Assembly (NCBI GenBank): GCA_944391745.1
Contig: CALXUS010000003.1
Coordinates: 27,732-91,731 of the forward strand
Source of the DNA: an uncultured Clostridia bacterium
GTDB taxonomy: Bacteria; Bacillota; Clostridia; TANB77; CAG-508
Length of the DNA stretch: 64,000 nucleotides
Reading direction: 5' to 3'
Below the pieces are notes generated by a model. It made no database searches. It was given only the letters and a program-made list of their open reading frames with translations, and was not told where the DNA came from. A program made the translations under genes and the position numbers. This document shows positions 45,152 through 53,499 of this stretch, piece by piece. Positions within the stretch are counted from its first letter, which is position 1, and every line of letters begins with the position of its first letter.

Positions 45152-47335
45152 TTGAAAAACGATGTTCTAGAATACATAGGACTAGATTTAGAAAATATAC
45201 CTCAAGTTTTATTAAATTATAGTCCAATTCATTTTAGTGATTTTAGTAATTCCAATGAATATAGAGTTTATGATTATGTTTCTATTCATGATTTAGAAAT
45301 ACTTGTTACACCTTTAGATAGAACTGATGAATTAAGAGAAAGATATAAACAAGCAAAGCCTTTGTCCGAATATTTTCAAACTGATGATATGAAAATGAAA
45401 TATATACTAGAAAAGGCTCTTGATTCAGCATCTGTAGAAGAAATAAAAAAGCTAGAAAGACTTCAAGAAAAACTTAATGATATTCCATATTTAGTTAAAT
45501 ATGATAAGAATTATTTATGGCAAATCTACTATTCTAAAACTGAAAATAAATATTTTATGCTTTTTCCAGCAAATGAAGGTGAATCATCAGTTTTATTTTA
45601 CATTATTAAGAAAAAACTAGAAAAGGAAGACACAAAAATATTTGTACCAGTTAATAAAATGGATTATTCTGGATTTTTATTGGATTCATCTAAATTAAAT
45701 GATTTAGAAAATTATATTTGGCTTTTTACAAATGAATGGCCCAATATATATGAAGTATGTAATAAATATTTGTATATTATAGGAAAAACAAAAGTAGATA
45801 AAATTTTTGGGACATATTTTAGAAATGTATATACTTCTAAAGAAGATGCCGAAAATTTTTATATGACATTAAAAGCATTATTTATTTTAACTACTGAAAC
45901 TAATTATAAATATATATTTAATCCTTATGTTAATGAAAAAGGTGAGTTGGAACTTGAGTTTAAAAATGAAAATTCTAATTCTGAATTAATTACAGTTCAA
46001 AACTTGGCGGATTTTGTAGACAGGCAGTTTGAATTTCAAAGCTTAAGAAAAAAAGATTTAGAAGAAGAAATTGTACGTAATGAAGAAATTTTAAAAGAAT
46101 TAAAAGAATATGTAAAAAAGCAAAATGATATATATGTAATGCAAGAAAAGCAAATTGTAATGTTTTTAGATTGCAAAAAGAGTTTCTTCAAAAAATTAAC
46201 TTACTTTTTTAAATCTAAAAAGTTTGTAATGCCTAAATTAGATAATAAAATAGATAAAAAATTAAAAGATGAATTAGGAGCGAATTCTTTAGAGGATGAA
46301 TTATCTAAAAAGAATGAAATAAATTTAAATGGTTCATATACAATAAAAGATTTAGTTTCAGCATTTAATAGAGCAAATGAAGAGGAAATAAAGGCAAGGG
46401 CTGTTCGTGGGGACATAAAAGCATTAAAATTAAAAAAAGAAAACTATGCTAGAAAAATAGAAAATGCAAAAAAATACATAGATGAAATAGAAAGCCATAA
46501 GAAAAGCATATTTGAATTTTGGAAATTTAGTAATAAAGATGAACTTCCTGCACTTAGTGATGGAGAAGGTAGCAACAGTAATGAAACCAAAACTAGTAAT
46601 AACTTAGATAGAGATGTACTTGGAACAATGGCTGATAGTTTGCAAAGACAAAAGTTAAGTGATGAAGAAATAAATGCTTTATATTTATTTTATGTGATGC
46701 CAGAAACCTTTAACCGCATAAGTAAAACTTATGCGAAAAATAAAATTGAGGACACTAAAAAAATTGAAAATGATATATTAGAGGGCTTGAAAAATAAAAC
46801 TTCCAAAAGGTCACTTGATAACCTTATAAATGATTATAGAATCGTAAAAAAGATAAATTCAAAAGAGCATAGAGAAAATGAAAGAAATGAAATAGCTATA
46901 TTAAGAATAAATGAGAATACCACAGTAGAAGAATTTAAAGATAAAATAGTACATTTTCAAAACGAGCTTGAAAGTGCTTATAATAAAATTTATTCTATAA
47001 CAAACATGCCAGTATATATCAAAAAAAGTGATGCCCCAAATGAGTTTATTTTAGGAGATATTAATCCAGAAAATTTGATTGGTGAAAATACTGAAGGACA
47101 AGAAATAGAGCTTGTAAAAATAGACTTAGGTAAAGAGGCACATGTTTTGTACTTATCTAATATTGTATTTTTTGATAATCAAAATAAAACTTTACCAATT
47201 GGAATGGACTTGTCTAGTAAGGTGGTAATAAAACTAAATGAAACTCCAAAAGATTACAAGTATAAAAAAGTAATTTACATTTTTAATAAAGAAAATAATT
47301 TTGATGTTAAGCAAAAGAAAATTGTTATATACTGA
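45152..47335 (+). CDS. hypothetical 727-aa protein with central coiled-coil, translationally coupled to the ThrRS-like gene
   Basis: The TTG start lies 2 nt after the upstream stop. AGGAG lies in the last codons of the upstream gene. No family recognised. Confidence 0.65.
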   Translation: MKNDVLEYIGLDLENIPQVLLNYSPIHFSDFSNSNEYRVYDYVSIHDLEILVTPLDRTDELRERYKQAKPLSEYFQTDDMKMKYILEKALDSASVEEIKKLERLQEKLNDIPYLVKYDKNYLWQIYYSKTENKYFMLFPANEGESSVLFYIIKKKLEKEDTKIFVPVNKMDYSGFLLDSSKLNDLENYIWLFTNEWPNIYEVCNKYLYIIGKTKVDKIFGTYFRNVYTSKEDAENFYMTLKALFILTTETNYKYIFNPYVNEKGELELEFKNENSNSELITVQNLADFVDRQFEFQSLRKKDLEEEIVRNEEILKELKEYVKKQNDIYVMQEKQIVMFLDCKKSFFKKLTYFFKSKKFVMPKLDNKIDKKLKDELGANSLEDELSKKNEINLNGSYTIKDLVSAFNRANEEEIKARAVRGDIKALKLKKENYARKIENAKKYIDEIESHKKSIFEFWKFSNKDELPALSDGEGSNSNETKTSNNLDRDVLGTMADSLQRQKLSDEEINALYLFYVMPETFNRISKTYAKNKIEDTKKIENDILEGLKNKTSKRSLDNLINDYRIVKKINSKEHRENERNEIAILRINENTTVEEFKDKIVHFQNELESAYNKIYSITNMPVYIKKSDAPNEFILGDINPENLIGENTEGQEIELVKIDLGKEAHVLYLSNIVFFDNQNKTLPIGMDLSSKVVIKLNETPKDYKYKKVIYIFNKENNFDVKQKKIVIY

Positions 47336-47422
47336 TTGTAGGATAGAATATGAGTTATATAAAGCAACTTAGACAAAGTATAACAAAAGAAGGAGAATTA
47401 AACTCCTTCTTTTTAGACTCTT

Positions 47423-48904
47423 CTATAGTATAATGCAAATCAATCCGCCACCGCCTTCATTTACAATTCTTTCAAGAGTTTCTTGAAGTTTCATTTGAGC
47501 ATCTTCAGGCATTCTTTCGAGTTTGTTTTGCAAACCTTCATTAACAAGTTCATGTAGATTTTTTCCAAAAATATTAGATTCCCATATTTTCTTAGGATCA
47601 CTTTCAAATTCTTCTAATAGATATTTAACTAATTCTTCAGATTGTTTTTCACTGCCAACAATAGGAGATACCTCAGTTTCAACATTAGTCATTATTAAAT
47701 GTATGCTTGGAGCTTTTGCACGTAATTTAATTCCAAATTTAGAACCTTGTTTAACCATTTCAGGTTCATCTAAAATAAGTTCATCCATTGAAGGTGTTAT
47801 TATACCATAACCTTTTCGTTTTACATCATCTAATGCTGGAGCAATTCTGTCATATTCTTTTTTTATTTTTGCAAAATTATAAAATGCGGAAAAAAGATCA
47901 TATTCATTATTGATTTGAATATTGCAAATTTCAGTTAATACTTTATAAAACAAGTCATCTTTTAATTCTATTGTAATAGAAACACTACCATTACCAAGAT
48001 TAATTTCATTAATTGTAGTTGACTTTATAATATCTGTACTTTGCAAGGAATTAGCAGCAAAATTTGCTTGTTTTATAATAGAAATTCCATTAAAAGTTTG
48101 CTTTATTTCTTTATTTAATTCTGATTTTAGCCAATGTGAATTTTCTAGTCCATCAACCCAATTAGGATAAGAAATATTTATTCGTTCTATAGGAAATTCA
48201 TATAATACTTTGCTAAATATCTCATTTATATCATACAAAGATAAATTAGAGCAATCAGTTGGAATTACAGGGCAATCATATTTTTCCTCTAAAGATGTTG
48301 CTAATTCTTTTGTATAATCAGAATAAGGAGCAACTGTATTAAGTACAATTACAAAAGGTTTATTTATTTCTTTAAGTTCTTTAACAACTCTTTCCTCTGC
48401 CAAAATGTAATCATCTCTTGAAATTCCAGAAAAGCTGCCATCTGTAGTAACAAGAATACCGATGGTTGAATGGTCTTGTATAACCTTTTTGGTTCCAATT
48501 TCAGCTGCCTCGCCAAAAGGGATTTCCTCATCAGACCATGGTGTTTTTACCATTCTAGGAATATCATCTTCTAAATAACCAATTGCATTATTTACTAAGT
48601 ACCCTACGCAGTCAACTAATCTGGCTTTAAATGTAATATTCCCATCAAGAGTGATTTGGACAGCTTCATTTGGTACGAATTTAGGTTCTGTAGTCATTAT
48701 GGTTCTACCAGATGCACTTTGTGGAAGTTCATCTAAAGCTCTTTCTCTTTTGTATGAATTATCTATATTAGGTATTACTAATAAATCCATAAAATTTTTA
48801 ATAAAAGTTGATTTACCTGTTCTAACGGGACCTACTACACCTATATAAATATCTCCATCAGTACGATTTGCTATATCCTGATATAATTTTAAATTGTCCT
48901 CCAT
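47423..48904 (-). CDS. spoIVA: stage IV sporulation protein A (spore-coat morphogenetic ATPase)
   Basis: IYIGVVGPVRTGKSTFIK.FM (Walker A), then TTEPKF.P.EAV, and a conserved C-terminal end ..EGGGGLICIIL. Confidence 0.95.
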   Translation of the reverse strand: MEDNLKLYQDIANRTDGDIYIGVVGPVRTGKSTFIKNFMDLLVIPNIDNSYKRERALDELPQSASGRTIMTTEPKFVPNEAVQITLDGNITFKARLVDCVGYLVNNAIGYLEDDIPRMVKTPWSDEEIPFGEAAEIGTKKVIQDHSTIGILVTTDGSFSGISRDDYILAEERVVKELKEINKPFVIVLNTVAPYSDYTKELATSLEEKYDCPVIPTDCSNLSLYDINEIFSKVLYEFPIERINISYPNWVDGLENSHWLKSELNKEIKQTFNGISIIKQANFAANSLQSTDIIKSTTINEINLGNGSVSITIELKDDLFYKVLTEICNIQINNEYDLFSAFYNFAKIKKEYDRIAPALDDVKRKGYGIITPSMDELILDEPEMVKQGSKFGIKLRAKAPSIHLIMTNVETEVSPIVGSEKQSEELVKYLLEEFESDPKKIWESNIFGKNLHELVNEGLQNKLERMPEDAQMKLQETLERIVNEGGGGLICIIL

Positions 48905-49114
48905 TTTTACCTCCTAAAGAAGATTTGTACAAAACTTTATTAAAGTATATTAGATAGGTTTAAAACTTATGACTAAATAAATTATTTTTTACTTTCGAGA
49001 CGGGTCCTTTCGTAAATTTATTTGCATATTATATACAAATGTGATAGAATAAGTGCTGATGACAATAAATACTATCAAATAACCTTATAGTACTGTTGAA
49101 AGGATTGAAAGACG

Positions 49115-50353
49115 ATGGCAGATTATAAAGAAATTTTAAGAAAAAACAATCAAGAACATATTTTAAAGTATATTGATATGGCTAATGATAAGCAAAGAGA
49201 AGAACTAGTTAAAGAAATTGAAAACATCGATTTTAACGAATTATCAGAATTATATAAAATAAGTAATCGAGATAAAAATAAAGCTTTAGAGAGTCAATTA
49301 ATAGAACATGTTAAATTTGTAGATAAGTATAAGATGGACAAAAATGATTATAAAAAATACGAATTAACAGGAGAAGAAATTATAAAAAATGGTGAATACG
49401 CTGTAGTTACTATGGCTGGTGGTCAAGGAACAAGATTAGGACATAATGGACCAAAGGGTACATTTTTACTTAATGTTAATCCAAAACCTAAATATTTATT
49501 TGAAATATTGGCTGATAATATAAAGTCTGCTAACAAAAAATATGGAGTTACATTAAATTGGTATATAATGACTAGTACTGAAAATGATCAGAAAACAGAA
49601 GAATTCTTTGAAAAGCATAATTATTTTGATTATCCAAAAGAAAAAATTAAATTTTTTAGACAGGGAAATTTGCCATTAATAAGTGAAGAAGGAAAATTAT
49701 TAATTGATGAAGATTTTCATATAAAATATGCTGCTGATGGAAATGGTTGCATTTATAAATCTATGAGATTAGATGGAATATTAGATGATATGAAAAAGAA
49801 TAATATCAAATGGATTTTTATTGGAGCTGTAGATAATGCATTACTTAATATGGTGGATCCAATTTTATTAGGATTAACTGTTTGTGAAAATAATCAAATA
49901 GGTTCTAAATCAGTTGTTAAAAGGAGCCCAGAAGAACCAGTAGGAGTATTCTGCAAAAAGGATGGAAAACCTGGGGTAATAGAATATACTGAATTACCTA
50001 CCGAAATGGCTCATGAAACAGATGAGGAGGGTGAATTACTTTTTGGGGAATCACATATAATGTGCAATTTGTATAGCATAGATGCATTAGATAAAATAAG
50101 TAAGGAAAATTTACCTTATCATAGTGCTCATAAAAAGGCAGCCTACATAGATGAAGATGGAAAAGTAATAAAGCCAACTAAGCCTAATGCTTACAAATAT
50201 GAAGCTTTTATATTTGATGGCTTTGCATATTTTGATAATATATCAATATTAAGAGGAAGAAGAAATGAAGATTTTGCACCAGTAAAAAATGCTGAAGGAA
50301 ATGATAGTCCAGCAACTGCAATTGAACTTTATAATAATTATTGGAATGTTTAA
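49115..50353 (+). CDS. UDPGP-family (eukaryotic-type) UDP-sugar/UDP-N-acetylhexosamine pyrophosphorylase
   Basis: V.TMAGGQGTRLG..GPKG pyrophosphorylase loop, AADGNG and VDN.L motifs. Confidence 0.7.
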   Translation: MADYKEILRKNNQEHILKYIDMANDKQREELVKEIENIDFNELSELYKISNRDKNKALESQLIEHVKFVDKYKMDKNDYKKYELTGEEIIKNGEYAVVTMAGGQGTRLGHNGPKGTFLLNVNPKPKYLFEILADNIKSANKKYGVTLNWYIMTSTENDQKTEEFFEKHNYFDYPKEKIKFFRQGNLPLISEEGKLLIDEDFHIKYAADGNGCIYKSMRLDGILDDMKKNNIKWIFIGAVDNALLNMVDPILLGLTVCENNQIGSKSVVKRSPEEPVGVFCKKDGKPGVIEYTELPTEMAHETDEEGELLFGESHIMCNLYSIDALDKISKENLPYHSAHKKAAYIDEDGKVIKPTKPNAYKYEAFIFDGFAYFDNISILRGRRNEDFAPVKNAEGNDSPATAIELYNNYWNV

Positions 50354-50380
50354 AATAAATTAAAAATGGAGAATAGATAA

Positions 50381-51046
50381 ATGGATGAGTGTAAAATAAT
50401 AAATTTGTATGATTTGAACGAAACTATGGCAAAAGAATTGTTAGAAAAATATGAGTATCCATGGGAAGTATTACCTCATATAGAAGAGTTTATTAAAGAA
50501 TTAGGAAAGAAACTAAATAAAGATGAATATGACCAAGTGGGGGAAAATGTGTGGATACATAAAACCGCAAAAGTTTTTAAGTCAGCATATATAGGAGAAA
50601 ATTGCATTGTAGGTGAAGGTGCGGAAATTAGACATTGTGCTTTTATAAGAAAAAATGCGATTATAGGAAAAAATGCTACTGTTGGAAATTCAACAGAATT
50701 AAAGAATGTTATTTTATTTAATAATGTTCAAGTACCACATTATAATTATGTAGGAGATTCTATATTAGGATATAAAGCTCATTTGGGAGCTGGTTCTATA
50801 ACTTCTAATGTAAAATCTGATAAAAAACTTATTGTGATAAAAAACGGAAAAGAAATAATAGAGACTGGAATGAAAAAAATTGGTGCTATGGTTGGAGATA
50901 ATGTTGAAGTTGGTTGTGGAAGTGTATTAAATCCAGGAACAATAGTAGGAAAAAATACTAATATATATCCATTATCTTCAGTTAGAGGTGTTATAAAAGC
51001 TAATAGTATTTACAAAAATCAAAATGAAATAGTAGAGAAATATTAA
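50381..51046 (+). CDS. hexapeptide-repeat (left-handed beta-helix) transferase
   Basis: Successive [LIV]-G-x-x-x-x hexads (IGENCIVGEGAEI, IGKNATVGNSTEL, VGDNVEVGCGSVL, VGKNTNI). Confidence 0.6.
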   Translation: MDECKIINLYDLNETMAKELLEKYEYPWEVLPHIEEFIKELGKKLNKDEYDQVGENVWIHKTAKVFKSAYIGENCIVGEGAEIRHCAFIRKNAIIGKNATVGNSTELKNVILFNNVQVPHYNYVGDSILGYKAHLGAGSITSNVKSDKKLIVIKNGKEIIETGMKKIGAMVGDNVEVGCGSVLNPGTIVGKNTNIYPLSSVRGVIKANSIYKNQNEIVEKY

Positions 51047-51095
51047 TAATTGCTTTTAGATTTTAAATTATAGGTTTGAAATGAGGAGTGATATA

Positions 51096-51719
51096 ATGAA
51101 AGTTGCATTAATTAATGAAAATAGTCAAGCTAGCAAAAATGAAATAATATATAATGCATTGAAAAATACTAATAAAAATAACGAAATTATAAATTATAGT
51201 GATACAAATTCACAATTAACTTATGTGCAAGTAGGACTTTTAGCAGCTATATTAATAAACAGTAAAGCGGCTGACTTTATTGTAACAGGCTGTGGTACAG
51301 GTGAAGGTGCAATGCTAGCTTTAAATAGCTTTCCTAATGTTATTTGTGGCCACATTGAAGATCCGGAAGATGCATATATGTTTGGACAAATTAATAATGG
51401 TAATGCTGTTGCAATTCCTTTTGCTAAAGGATTTGGCTGGGGCGGAGAACTTACTCTTGAATATATTTTTGAAAAACTATTTAAAGATGAATTTGGTGGG
51501 GGATATCCAAAAGAAAGAGCTATCCCTGAGCAAAATAATAAAAAGATATTAGATAAAATTAAGCAAGTAACTTATAAAGACATGGTTACTATTTTAAAAG
51601 AAATAGATCAAGAGTTTTTATATAATACTGTTAATACTAAACAATTTAAAGAAAACTTCTTTAAGTATGCTGAGGATGGAGAGATTAAAGAAATTATAAA
51701 AAATATATTAAGTAAATAA
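51096..51719 (+). CDS. RpiB/LacA/LacB-family sugar-phosphate isomerase-like protein
   Basis: MKVALINE...., ..GCGTGEGAM.A.N..P....G. The size and the position next to kduD fit. ATG 51096 after GAGGAG. Confidence 0.5.
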   Translation: MKVALINENSQASKNEIIYNALKNTNKNNEIINYSDTNSQLTYVQVGLLAAILINSKAADFIVTGCGTGEGAMLALNSFPNVICGHIEDPEDAYMFGQINNGNAVAIPFAKGFGWGGELTLEYIFEKLFKDEFGGGYPKERAIPEQNNKKILDKIKQVTYKDMVTILKEIDQEFLYNTVNTKQFKENFFKYAEDGEIKEIIKNILSK

Positions 51720-51791
51720 AAATAAGAATCTACACAAAATATTTTTGTGTAGAAAATTTTATTTAAAATAAAAATAGTGGAGGTATGAATA

Positions 51792-52550
51792 ATGAATGAT
51801 TTGTTTGATTTAAAAGGAAAAGTAGCAATAGTAACTGGCGCAACTAGAGGTCTTGGACAAGGTATGGCAATAGCTTTAGCAAAAGCTGGAGCAAATATTG
51901 TTGGAGTAGGACAAAGTTCATTAGAACCAACAAAAAAAGAGGTTGAAGCAATAGGTGGAAAGTTTTTGCCTATAAATGCAAATTTAACTACATTAGACAA
52001 AGTACAAGAAATCGTTGATAAAACTAAAAGTGAATATGGAAAAATTGATATTTTAGTAAATAATGCTGGAACAATAAGAAGGGAAGATGCAATTAATTAT
52101 ACTGAACAAGACTGGGATGATATTCTAAATCTAAATTTAAAAACTTTATTTTTCTTATCACAAGCTGTAGCTAAAGAAATGATTAATCAAAAAAATGGAG
52201 GAAAAATAATAAATATTGCATCAATGCTTTCATATCAAGGTGGAATAAGAGTACCTGCTTATACTGCTAGTAAAAGTGGTGTAAAAGGATTGACTAAAGC
52301 TCTAGCTAATGAATGGGCAAAATACAATATAAATGTAAATGCAATAGCTCCAGGATATATGGCAACTGATAATACAAAGGCTATAAGAGAAGATGAGAAG
52401 AGAAATAAAGAAATATTAGATAGAATACCAGCAGGAAGATGGGGAACACCAGAAGATTTAGCTGGTGCGGTCATATTCTTATCATCTAAAGCTTCTAATT
52501 ACGTTAATGGAGAATGTATAGCAGTAGATGGAGGATGGCTAGCTAGGTAA
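51792..52550 (+). CDS. kduD: 2-dehydro-3-deoxy-D-gluconate 5-dehydrogenase (SDR)
   Basis: It is collinear with recalled E. coli KduD nearly throughout: F.L.GKVA.VTG...GLGQGMA..LA.AG..IVG, DILVNNAG.IRRED, GGKIINIASMLS.QGGIRVP.YTASKSGV.G, NEWAK.NINVNAIAPGYMAT.NT, DRIPAGRWG.P.DL, YVNG..IAVDGGWLAR. Confidence 0.9.
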   Translation: MNDLFDLKGKVAIVTGATRGLGQGMAIALAKAGANIVGVGQSSLEPTKKEVEAIGGKFLPINANLTTLDKVQEIVDKTKSEYGKIDILVNNAGTIRREDAINYTEQDWDDILNLNLKTLFFLSQAVAKEMINQKNGGKIINIASMLSYQGGIRVPAYTASKSGVKGLTKALANEWAKYNINVNAIAPGYMATDNTKAIREDEKRNKEILDRIPAGRWGTPEDLAGAVIFLSSKASNYVNGECIAVDGGWLAR

Positions 52551-52736
52551 ATAGCTGAATTTTCTAATCTAAATTGTTTTATATTTATGAAAGTAAACTT
52601 TATGTGCAACTTAAATTAAGAAAAATTAAAATCAAATTAAAAAAATTTTCTTTACTTATTTCTAAAAATGTGCTATAATAAGAATGTGGTACAAAGAGAG
52701 AATTAGGCTCTATTATACACAAATGTTGGAAAGGAG

Positions 52737-53321
52737 TTGACACAATTGTTTAATGTAGGAGATAATATAGTTTACCCAATGCATGGTGCTGGGACAATTT
52801 CATCAATTGAAGAAAAGATGATAGGCGGTAGAAAGGAACAATATTATATCATCAAAATGCCAGGAGAGGTAATGATAATGGTTCCAACTGCAAGAGCTGA
52901 ATCAATGGGTGTTAGAAGCGTAATAGATAAAAATAGTGCAGATAGTGTACTTAAAGTTTTAGAAAAAGATGAAACTGAAATGTCTAATAATTGGAATAAA
53001 CGTTATAGAGAGAATTTAGATAAAATGAAAACAGGAAATGTTTATGAAGTAGCTGATGTTGTTAGAAATTTAAGTTTCAAGCAAAAAGAAAAGGGAACTT
53101 TATCTACAGGAGAAAAGAAAATGTTACTTAATGCAAAACAAATTCTTGTTAGTGAATTAGTTTTAGCAGAGCATTCTTCTAAAGATGAAATAGAAAAATT
53201 AATAGATAATAAAATAGATATGTCATATAAGGAATATAGAGTTCCTACAGAGGCAAAAATTGACTTACAACAAAATGCTGTCAATAAATTTATACCTTTT
53301 AATGGAGCAGCTAATGCTTAA
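52737..53321 (+). CDS. carD: CarD/CdnL-family RNA-polymerase-binding regulator
   Basis: F.VGD.IVYP.HGAG.I..IEEK...G....YY.I the Tudor-like N-terminal domain. Confidence 0.85.
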   Translation: MTQLFNVGDNIVYPMHGAGTISSIEEKMIGGRKEQYYIIKMPGEVMIMVPTARAESMGVRSVIDKNSADSVLKVLEKDETEMSNNWNKRYRENLDKMKTGNVYEVADVVRNLSFKQKEKGTLSTGEKKMLLNAKQILVSELVLAEHSSKDEIEKLIDNKIDMSYKEYRVPTEAKIDLQQNAVNKFIPFNGAANA

Positions 53322-53345
53322 TAAATAATTTAATTTATTATATGG

Positions 53346-53380
53346 GTGGACTTACACAAAATGGAAGTCCACTATATTTT
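53346..53380 (+). terminator. terminator after carD
   Basis: GTGGACTT..AAGTCCAC, then a T-rich tract. Confidence 0.65.
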
Positions 53381-53499
53381 AGACTATAAAATATTTTATG
53401 TAAATCAAGATAATTTTACATAAAGTGTAGACTTTTATCTAAAAAAGAAGGATTTAGTTTACATATGTCGAATAATATAAGTATGAGTAAAAAGAAGGA

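Noticed and set aside
33700-47335. Island as prophage, ICE or transposon.
   Set aside because: I recognised no integrase, recombinase, transposase, terminal inverted or direct repeats, or phage structural or replication genes. Composition matches the host. It is treated as a chromosomal accessory locus of unknown origin.
48905-49114. Sigma-E-type promoter for spoIVA in the divergent intergenic region.
   Set aside because: I could not find a convincing match to both the -35 and -10 sigma-E elements by eye, so no call is made.
53466-53472. A single TGTCGAA (0A-box-like) heptamer upstream of dnaG.
   Set aside because: One isolated heptamer is compatible with chance. It has no partner box or obvious promoter context.
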